Shown: positions 53,330 through 64,000 of the stretch, one piece after another
Layout of the letters: each line of letters starts with the position of its first letter
How positions within the stretch are numbered: the stretch's first letter is position 1
DNA from: the human T2T-CHM13v2.0 reference genome, Homo sapiens
NCBI RefSeq assembly: GCF_009914755.1
Contig: NC_060942.1
Reading direction: 5' to 3' (one strand)
Length of the DNA: 64,000 nucleotides
Notes under the pieces: generated by a model
The model's database searches: none
Seen by the model: the letters and a program-made list of their open reading frames with translations, nothing else
Told to the model about the DNA's origin: nothing
Translations under genes and position numbers: made by a program

Positions 53330-55895
53330 TTAAAACAAACTTTCTATATTCAGATTTATCTACACAGAAGGAAGTCCCCCCAACACACATACACACACAT
53401 GCAAACATATTCAATTTGTTTCTTCTATCTGGTCTTGGTTGTCGTCAAATCATACATTCTCTCATCTGGATGTGCACCTCTTAGTATTTTCCTTCTTCAA
53501 TTCTATTAACATAGCCAACCACTTTCACTATTTTGCATCCATTCACCAGATATTTATGTTTATCAATCACCTACAGAGTTAGATGCTGCAGGAGGAGGTC
53601 ATAGATGACATGACAGGTGAAAGCAGTTGCCTAGAAATTATGTAGCAATGTTGAAAACTATAAGTAGAATAAAGGAAGTCAAGCTGGTTTAGACAAGGGC
53701 AATGTCACTGGAAGCAAAGAGGTATTTTTGCCTGATCTTTTCATTGTCATTGTGCAGATTTTATCTACATAAACAAAGACATGAAGATAAAATTACTTTT
53801 AATCTGATGTCCCCTCCCACCCCATCCATCATTCTGTAAAATATGATTCAGTGAGGGAATGGACCTTTAGTCGCTACATCTTTGTAACAAAGATTTGCAG
53901 GTTTGAATGGCAGACCTGGTTTTTATTCCATCCTACCAGGGATGTGGAGATCAGACAGGTGTACACAGTTTTCTTTTCTTTGTACTGGCAGGTGGTGTCA
54001 TCAGAGTGAGAGGTGCCCTTCCAATATGTTCAGCCAAAAACTTTTGTCAGCTAAGCAGATGGCAAAGCTCATCTACTATGCTGACAGTTTGCAGATAAAT
54101 GGAAGACTTACTTGGCTAATCCATGAACTGCTGAAAAGCAGGAGTAAAAATAAAAATAAAAAATCCATGGGTCACAAATGGATTAGGGCAGTTCTTATTT
54201 AGAAATAGCTCAAGGCTTTGTCTATCAGTGTTGACAAGGCTTAAAGTTAGGAAGGCCTCAATTAATTAAACTAAAGAAATCAAACACAAAAGCAAGGTTA
54301 CTAGTAACAAAACTAATGGCCTATTTTCAGTAAAGCAAAATTTAAAATCAAAACAGATTCAGCTAAATAGGAGAGTTTAGAAATGTAAATCAATAGAAGA
54401 AAATATTTATTTAAAATTAAAAATAAAAAACGGAGGGCCAACATATTTCAGCTCCTAGTATGTTGAAATTTGCATTAGCGTTATTTTAAAAGTCGTAATT
54501 TTGCTTTTGCAATTTTATAGTGTTGAAAATATTTCAAGTCCATATATATGATGCAACTATATTTTTTACCTTATTTATTATTTTGACATTTTTGAATAAA
54601 TGTTTTCTATTACCCTACACTAATGCCTTTTTCTTCCTTTTTACGCCTTAATGATTTTAAATGTGTATCCTCTGTTTAATTATTTTCATCATCTCATTTT
54701 CTTTTCAAATACGCAAATTCCCTAATAGCATCAAACATCTATTTTTTTTCTAATTCCACCTTGGATAAAAATGTAGACTCCTGGGAGCAGGGGATGCCTC
54801 CTTTGTTTCCATTTTTCTAGCTCCTGGTAGTGTGTTTCAGGTGTAGATATTTTTCCCTCCCCTTCCTTCTTATTGAAATGGAAAAGTATTAATATCAAGC
54901 TATGGCTAGCGTTTGTTAATGGCTTCTGAATTTTACATTAAAAGCAAGTGTATAATTCCACATTTCACTGCATACATTTACCTATAAAGCACCCATGTGG
55001 AACCCTTGTGCTTCTCTTATCTTTAAATCTTTTAGGCAGAAAAAGATTAATGAACCTAACATTTCTCTCTCACACAGGGGTGAAATGGACTGTATAAAAT
55101 CTTCACGGGAGCCTGTCTGATTTATGAGAAGGAAAATCCACTCCGTTAAAGGCACAAGGCTTCGGAGTGTTCTGTCCAAAACCATTTAACCTCTGGGTTA
55201 TCCCTGCCAAGCAGACCTGGGAGGAGCACCAAACCACTGCCCACAAGCAGACGTTACTCAGAGATAATTGAAAGGGGCACTTACAGGTTTCTTTTCCCCT
55301 GGCCTTGTTTTGAATAGAAAAAGACAGCTGCTGTCAACGTAGTGCAAGGTGAAGAGGGCCAAAACGTCTTAACCAAAAATAACTATCAAAGTACTGCTGC
55401 GTTTTCACAAATTCCAACCTCATTAGCCCTCTTAGTCTCCTTCAGTGCTCTTTCGCTAGCTTAATATGTTATTTAAGTTTAAAAGGATAATGCATTTTCT
55501 ATCAAATTAGCTGAGATGGGTTTAACCAAGTATTAATACCTATTACTACCATCTGCAGAAGAACCTTGGAGAACTAAGATAAATAATAGTTTGGCATATA
55601 GAATAAGATAAGAAGTTTCCAAGAGTACTGAACTTTATTGGGGCAAATGTTCTAATTTCTAATCCAGGAAAACTTGAGGTGAGAGAATAAGGTCAGAAAT
55701 ACTTAATAGAGATGGAGTACTGAATTTTGTGGAGAGAGCTGAGTGTTTCCATTATTCAGTGACAATTTAGGATGTTGCATCCTCTTTAAAAAGAGGTGAG
55801 TGAACATCATCACAGGCTCTAATTCTCCTAGGGAAGAGAAGGAAGAAGATCTTACATTTGCTTAAAGTGAAAAAAAATTATTTCTGCTTCTCCCC

Positions 55896-56252
55896 TGTCC
55901 TAGTCTGTTCTCATGCAGCTAATAAAGACATACCCAGAACTGGGTAATATATAAAGGAAAGAGATTTAATGAACTCACAGTTCCACATGGCTGAGGAGGC
56001 CTCACAGTCACGGCAGAAGGCAAAGGAAAAACAAGGCACGTCTTACAGGCTGGCAGGCAAGCGAGCTTGTGCCGGGGAACTCACATTTATAAAACCATCA
56101 GATCTTGTGAGACTTATTCCCTACCCTGAGAATGGCATGGAAAAAAGCCACCCCCATGATTCAATTAACTTCACCTGGCCCGGCCCTTCGACACGTGGGG
56201 ATTATTACAATTCAAGATGAGATTTGGCTGGGAACACAGCCAAAGCATATCA
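55896..56252 (-). mobile_element. THE1B/C-like MaLR solo LTR
   Basis: tagtctgttctcatgcagctaataaagacataccc...acacagccaaagcatatca; perfect TSD tcccc on both sides. Confidence 0.93.
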
Positions 56253-57898
56253 TCCCCTTTCAACATACCCATATTAAATATCACCTGTTTATGGCAATGG
56301 GCAGTTGTATTCCTCATTGCAACTAGACTTTACTAAACTAGCAGATATGAGAATGCAGGGGTGTAGGGCCACAGAGGAGGTGCTGAGCAAGGAGTTGGGG
56401 TAGGGGGAGCCAGAAGATTCACTAACCCTCATCAAACACATGGAAAGCTCTCCTTTTTTGACCCACAGCATCTAGGGCGAAATTACCTCCTAGAAGAATT
56501 ACATCCCACTCTTTACTCTGCGTGTAGTGATTGTTTATGTAGCATTAAATCATGCAAGGTAGCTCAAGAATACATTAACTTTAGTGAGAACTGAAAGGAA
56601 TTACTTGTTCAACCAAGGGAATTATTTCAACCAGGGGAAAAAAAAACTGATAGTTTTCTTAAATTAAATTTTCTATTTGCTGAGAACCTTTATGTTTTAG
56701 TCAATTGTCAGCATTCTTTCATCCAGATTTTTAAGCGCAGTTTAAAGACAGCAGCATACTTATCTCATAGTACTGACATTTTGAGAAGCTTAGTTTTATG
56801 CACAGAGATTTTAGGCTAGATTTAAGTGTAAGGCAGTTTTCAGTAGAAAACATGACCATTCATAGTTCATCTTGAATCATAGGGGGTTTGGCCATGCATG
56901 GAATTGTTACATTGACCTGAAGACTCTGTATTAAACTCTCCTTTCTGACTGAGATACTCAGGAAATATGTAGCTATACATGCAAAGAGTTATACCTGCTT
57001 TATTATTATTATAGTTTAAATTTTAACTAACATCCACTCCTCTAGGCATTGTCCTAGGAGTTAGATAAAAATAAACAAAAAGGCCTCCATCCATGAGTAG
57101 CCTCACATTCTAAAAGACAAGCTGAGCATGTTAAGATATAATTTTAAACCAATAATGTAAAGGACTTATCTGCAAAATGATAGAATTGCTAAGAAAATGA
57201 AAAGGCTAATTGTGCCTAAGAGGAATAACATGAAAGGCAAGTAATGTCTATTTTCTGCGCTTATTCGAGAAAAGGTTCTTGGACACGGTTGGAATATAGA
57301 CAAAGAGTTAAAAGTGCTACTACTTAGTCAACAAGATGCTTATGGTTAAATTAGAAAAATAACTACTTGGTGAAATGGAGACTGTAATAGTGTGACAAAT
57401 AACTGCAACAGTTATCTCCAGGACACAGGTGGAGAAAGACACAATAGTAGATGCACCCTGGAATTTAGAGAAAGAAGATTGTAAAAGGTTTAGAGAGAGA
57501 AACATACTCTGCACAAAGTCCTCAGCCAAATCTTATTGGATGGGTAGGGGCTGGGTTGCGAAATGAGTGGAGGCCATCGCTACACACTCAGGGGATCAGG
57601 CGGCAGGTGGGAAAGAGCAGAGCCTGTGCTGAGCCTGCTGCAAAGCTAAGTACGTCAGGAAACAAGCCTGAAAATGTAGGAGGGGCTTGGTTGAGAGGTC
57701 ATTAAATACCTTCAGGTGTACCAGGCCCTGGAACTTTCACACCATCTAATAGGCAGCCAAGGGCTGCAGAGGAGATTTAAGCAGGCTGTGACCAGTCAGT
57801 TGCATCCAATGTTGATCACACTACAGAAAGTGTGCTTTCAAATGGGGAATGATGCAAAGGAGCACTCCCAGAGGAAAGATCTGTGCTGAAGTCTAATT

Positions 57899-58205
57899 AT
57901 TTTATTTTATTATTATTATTATTTTGATGGAGTCTCTCTCTGTCGCCCAGGCTGGAGTGCAGTGGTGCTATCTCAGCTCAGTGCAACATCCGCCTCCCCA
58001 GTACGAGCGATTCTCCCGCCTCAGCCTCCCCAGCCACTGCGATGACAGGCACACACCACCATGCCGGGCTCTTTTTTGTATTTTTAATAGAGATGTGGTT
58101 TCACCTTGTTGGCCAGAATGGTCTCAAACTCCTGGCCTCAAGTGATCCACAGGCCTCGGCCTCCCAAAGTGCTGGGATTACAGGCGTGAGTCACCACCCC
58201 TATCC
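57899..58205 (-). mobile_element. AluS (Sx/Sz-like)
   Basis: Full dimer with (TAT)n tail; TSD tgaagtctaatt / tgaagtctgatt. Confidence 0.92.
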
Positions 58206-58634
58206 TGAAGTCTGATTTTTAAAACACTGTTAAAAGCTTTTGTCAGGGGAAAGCTTTACCCTAAAGAATGTTCACCTTCTCAAGAGTGCCTTGCTGCTCA
58301 TGGTATTTGTTTCTCCTATTGGTGGCATTTTAATAGTTTGAATCATACATTGTCTTAGGCGTAAGCATAAAGTTGAAAGTGTTCATCAAACAGTCTTATT
58401 GATTAATACACCCTGCCTTAGTGTGTCCTTTAAGGAAAATATACCTAAAGATCCCTTACTGGCCCCAAGTGACAGGATTATGTGTGTGTATATTAGAGAA
58501 AAACTCATCATGGTAATAAAAAAAAAATCAGAAACAGGGCATTTGTAAACTAACACATTCTTAGGGTATCCAGAGTTCAATGAAGAAAAAGCAAAAGTTT
58601 CTGTTTATGTCCAGGTTTCAACTAGAATAAATCA

Positions 58635-58716
58635 TTAAATAACAGTTTTATTAATATTAACAATTTTATTAATATTAATGTTATTAATATAAATAATACT
58701 AACAATTTTATTTATT
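58635..58716. repeat. AT-rich degenerate tandem repeat (aacaattttattaatatt)
   Basis: Direct reading. Confidence 0.7.
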
Positions 58717-58739
58717 GAACTTATGGGTAAGGTACTATA

Positions 58740-58922
58740 CAGCCCTATTCACAGAATGTTCATTTCATACTTCTAGTAATTCAATGAAGTGGGTACTTTT
58801 ATTTATACCCATTTTACAAATGAGGTTTTAAAGCTCCAAGAAGTTAAATAACTCATCTGTAATCAGTCAAACAGAAGTGGCTGAGCCTGCTCTTCCGACT
58901 CTCCAACCTGTGCTTTAATCAT
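58740..58922 (-). mobile_element. MIR
   Basis: tacccattttacaaatgagg...gaagttaaataactc...agtggctgagc...gactctccaacctgtgctttaa. Confidence 0.7.
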
Positions 58923-60574
58923 GATGGTGGTGGCATCAATTAAGACGGAAATAGAGAAGGAAGAGCAACGTTCGGGATGACAATGACTTCTGTTGGACAG
59001 GGAACATAGAATTTTCCGTGCTGTATGAGGAGATGTGGCACCATATGGCTATGTGGTAGAGAAACTTGACTGTAAGAGAATGAGGCCCAGGGCAAAATAT
59101 CTACCTGTGACTTCCTGTCCTAGCCCCTCGGAAGGGCTTGTTCAGGTCTAGAGTCTTTGTGCTGCTGATCCGTCTGCACCTTTGTTCATGTTGCACCCTC
59201 TAAATTCCTCACTCTCTATATCTCTCTCCTTCACCTGCCTCACCGTGGCTCCTCTGTGACTCTCCAGAGACCTCACTTCTTCATGAAGCCTTCACGCTTA
59301 GTCAGGGCCAGTGGCGTCCGGATTCTACAGAGTCACTATGCACTGCCGCTTCATTTAGGACAGTCTTTCCCACACAGGAATCTGAGCTGTTCGCTTCTGT
59401 GTCTCTCTGCCTTTCCTAGTGGATCATTAACCCACTAGGGCAGGAACTCTGACTTGAGTATTTCTGATGGTCCCATATTAGCCTGTTTTCAGCATCTACA
59501 TGAGTTCAAATAAGCTTTTCTTGAAAAGATGCAAGCTAGAATAATAAAGCCTGGTCACCTATGTTAGAGAGATGATTTGGGACAGAGGCTACACTAAGAT
59601 CTCATTTGTATGAGTTCAAATTACTGAAAGTTAGACTTCAATTTAAGAAAACATTCTGCTATTAGGGTGAATATAAATAATATAGATATATGTATATCAT
59701 AGTGAAATATTATTAGACATTTTTAAGGAGAGGCCTAATGACCAAAGTTTACAGATATTAATAAAAGAAATACTTCAATGGGTAGAAAATAGATTATATT
59801 ACCTCTAATGTACTCTTCTCACTCAGAAATATCCTGTAATATTGGTTTGAAAAAGTGGAGTTGAGAGCAGATCCTTTGAGACTTACATTTCTAAGACTAT
59901 CCTTACACAATTCCACAAAGAGGTGGCCTTCTGTGCCAGATGAATGAAACCATGGAGTTTGGCATAACACAAGGATTTATGGTCAGTCATATTCTGGCCT
60001 GGCTCTGTGGGTGGTGATGATGGTCAAATACAAGGCAGAAATTGGAGGAGAGAGGACACGTTTATATTAATCAAGACAGAAAAGGTCCTCCCTTGAAAAT
60101 GGCAAGTAAAACCAATAGTAATCTATAGCACATCAACAAGACAGGACAGAATCAAGAGATTCTTGGCAAACAAAAAGCTTTTCCTGAAAGAACATTTTCC
60201 CAAAACACTTCAGTGGAAGAATTGATCACTGACACAGTGGAAAGCTTAGTTCCCTAGAAATCCTTCAAATCCCAGGCAGCATTGTCACGGTGGATAGCAA
60301 CAATAATCTGGATGGGTTAAAGGGTTTAAAGACATAGCCCAAGAAATTACCTGTAAGAAACCCCAGACATAGAACCTCCGTGCACACAGAAGAGACTTTG
60401 TTAGTGCCAAATGTTAATATAGACTCCTGGCCTTGCCTGCATGTTACACTTGAGCAAAACCGTGGGCACTGGCTGGGTAGTGCCAGAGCCCCTTCACACA
60501 GTATATGAGGTCCTCAGAAATATTAGCAATAGTCATGATGCCAAGTCAACAACAACAAGAACTTAGCCCATACT

Positions 60575-60785
60575 ATACCCTCCAGTACCTCTGCTCATCA
60601 CTTCGTATGATTATCACATTCACTCCTTCCAAAAATACATAATAATATTCCCATATTACGAGTGAAGAATGTGAGCATTTAAAAAGCTAACTAACCAGAC
60701 TGAGGATGTACAGCTACAGTTAGCAAATCTAAATTAGAAACAGAAAATCTGACTCCAAGCTAACACTCTTAGTTACAATAGTCAA
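60575..60785 (-). mobile_element. MIR
   Basis: tattcccatattacgagtgaagaa...cagctacagttagcaa...tctgactccaagctaacactctta. Confidence 0.6.
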
Positions 60786-61055
60786 ATACTTCTCTGCGAT
60801 CTGATTGAGAACGGTATATTTAAGTTACTGTTACAGCAGACACAACAGGAATTGTACTGAAAACACTTAACAACAGGTAATGATGATCTTTTGCTCAGCG
60901 AGCTTCCACCAGCCCTGCCAAGGGCCTTGGCTCTGCCAGTGAAGTCCTTTCAGGACTACAAGGGGCCTGGTGGGTGGGCCGTGATGGGGGCTGTTCCACA
61001 GGAGCCCTGTTAGTATCTTGGTAAGTTTCATGGTGGTCCATGGAAGTGCACATGA

Positions 61056-61494
<439 letters not shown>

Positions 61495-64000
61495 TTATGA
61501 GTTTGACTGAGATAGAAAATGACAAATTAGAACAGTAACCAGCTAGAAGTCGGTACAGGAGAAGGGATTGGTGCAGCAAGGGAAGCTGGTGGCACTAGGT
61601 GGGTCAGGACAACAGCTGTTCACCAATCAGTATATATTTTAGCAACCAGTGCAGCTATCCTGCTGGGGTATAGGATGCCTCTCAAATATGTAGGCTACAG
61701 AGGGGAGCTCTGATATGAATGTCTAGCTCTTCCTCGCAGAGGAACATGTGAAATCTCATAGTTAGTCTCTCTTCTGATAGGGTCACGAGTGAGTTTCTTC
61801 TCAGTTTGTCTAAAGTTCTGCTTTCTAGACTCTGGATTGGCTGACACCTGATTCTTCTGGTGCTCTTACTCCTGAGTTATCCTTTTGTGTTTAGTCCACA
61901 TATCACAGTGTAGCTAAGAGTGCTTATCTGTAAGTGAGCTGTACTAACCACTGGCTTCTTTCTGTATTTATTGATGTAGTTACAACTCTACTCCTTTCAG
62001 GTTGGACATGTAACTTTGTATTTATACGTACATAGCTGGCAGTCTTCTTGGCTGCAGATATAGGGAGATTTAAATTCTGCTCTTTCTGCAGACTGAGGTG
62101 GAATTACCTTGGGGAAAGGGTAGTTTCTTATTTACAGTACAATCTAAAGACAGATTATCTCATTACACAGAAACGTGACCAGCTCAAAACTTCCTATATT
62201 GCAACTTTAACACACCACCTGCCCCCATATCTGCAGCAGCTCAGAGGTTTTTCAATTTGAATTTATCACTATATTCGCATTCTACTGCATGCCACAACAG
62301 CAGATTATTATTAGCACTGAATCCCCCTCTGGCACAGCTGTTGAAGAGTAAGTGCTTCTTCGGAGCATCCACCACACTTGTACGGTTTATCTCAGCATTG
62401 AACAATTTTTAATCTTCATTCCAGTGCTTGGATTGATAAAACTTAACGTTCTTGCTTTAATAATAAATGCTCATTGTGGTCTATGACACGAATAGCCATC
62501 TTGTTTTGGCTTTGTCCGTTCTTCGGCCAGTTTGCTCTCTCCTTTTGTTTTATTTTCTTTTGCTATCAGTGGTTTCTAACCATCAGTCTTTCCTCTCACT
62601 TTCTTCACCTTGGATTTTCTATTTAGGACTCTCATTTTACTCCCTTCTCTGTTTTTCTTTTTCTTTTTTTTTTTTTCATTTTTGTTTTTAATATTTCTCT
62701 TTTAAGATCTGTGCCTGCTGATATTCTATTGCAAGTCTCACTTCTGGGAATCCACAGTACTGAATTTTTAAAATTCTTTCTTACTTAAGAATATATTTAA
62801 GATTCTCTCTTGATATTTTAACACAGAGATAACCAGGCTTTTAATCTGACAGTAGGTCGCACAAGTCATCATCTTGTTTTGGAGTGGATGTATTTTTATC
62901 AAGGCCTGATTGAATGGGGATTTGGCCCACCTTCAAGGTACCAGGAAAAGCAGACCGAAGGTGTCCCTCACTGTAATTCCCCCACCCCTCAACCATGAAC
63001 CCAGAACCAGCCATATTCTGTTCACTTCAGAAGGTTGTGTGTACTTTATGCCATACGCAAAATTTTAGGAGGTGTTTAGGAACTGTTTATAGACAAGGTC
63101 TCCATGTCTTTTGATTCTTAGAAGCCAGTTTATTTATTCCCAATAACTACTGGCTATTAAGAGAACCACTTGGAGACAGCTGTGTGGGGAACACACTGCC
63201 TCCACCTTCTTCAGTGTGCCTCCCACAGAGCCTCCCTCGTGACCGAGTCTACACGTTGGAGAATAAGTCCACAGGCTTTGCCATCAGGGATTCTATGGCT
63301 GAACCCTCAACATCGCCACACTCCAAAAAAAAGTTAGACCTTTACATGTGAAAAAGATTTCTGAAAGTTTTAGAGGCATTTAGGTTTCATAGAGCACTCG
63401 CAGAGTCAGCAAGTTATAAAACACTTACTGTGACACGTGGCCTTAAATTTGACCAAAGAGGGAAGAATAAGACAGGTTGCTCTCTAAGGGACAACTCTTT
63501 GGCCAGCAGGACAAAAACCTTCTTCCCATTTCTGTTTTGCTGACTGTAATTAATGATATATTAGTTCGCAGCCTCCCAAATGACTGCATGACAGATGAGA
63601 AACTAGGCAGCAGGAAAAAGAATGAGGGCTCCCCGTACACCTGCCATTGCTCCAACGAGTCATGTGGGATGCCCATTTTCAGCCAGAGTGGACGAATCAC
63701 GATTCATTCCAATGGTGGTGCAGTTAAATGAGGTAAACTAAATTATATTTGGCTTTCAACTTTTGAATCCTAGCCTGTGTCTCCCTAAGACACTGGGGTT
63801 TATTTCAATAACAGAGCTTGACGGTAATTTATAATGAGGTCATTCTCACCTGGGGACTGTGTACTCCCAGGAGTAACACCCAGGAGACGGCTACTGTGAT
63901 CATTTATTATTCAAAGTACTACAGATCTCTGAGTAAATTAGAGCCCCCATTAGCCATTGACACAAAATTCTGGGAACTGAACACATTTCCAGAATATGTT

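Overview
AT-rich, repeat-dense primate (human-like) genomic DNA, apparently intergenic or deep intronic. I find no supportable protein-coding gene, RNA gene, CpG island or CRISPR-type system; the listed ORFs are chance frames or transposon remnants. The window holds Alus (J, S, Y), L1 fragments (L1PA7, L1PB, L1MA/MB/MC/ME-like), MaLR and ERVL solo LTRs (THE1, MST, MLT1, MLT2), MIR/L2, DNA transposon remnants (MADE1, MER45A-like, MER5A-like) and simple repeats. Subfamily names come from remembered consensus sequences and many boundaries are approximate. The most interesting signal is structural, not a new gene system. (1) One L1PA7 appears split into two complementary, oppositely oriented pieces about 13.9 kb apart with 3-bp inverted microhomology, implying an inversion of ~35590-49482. 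(2) A ~405-bp, ~98.5%-identical inverted duplication (41278-41682 / 42335-42738) is inserted into a small hairpin in an old L1. (3) That inserted copy sits almost exactly at the midpoint of the inferred inversion.
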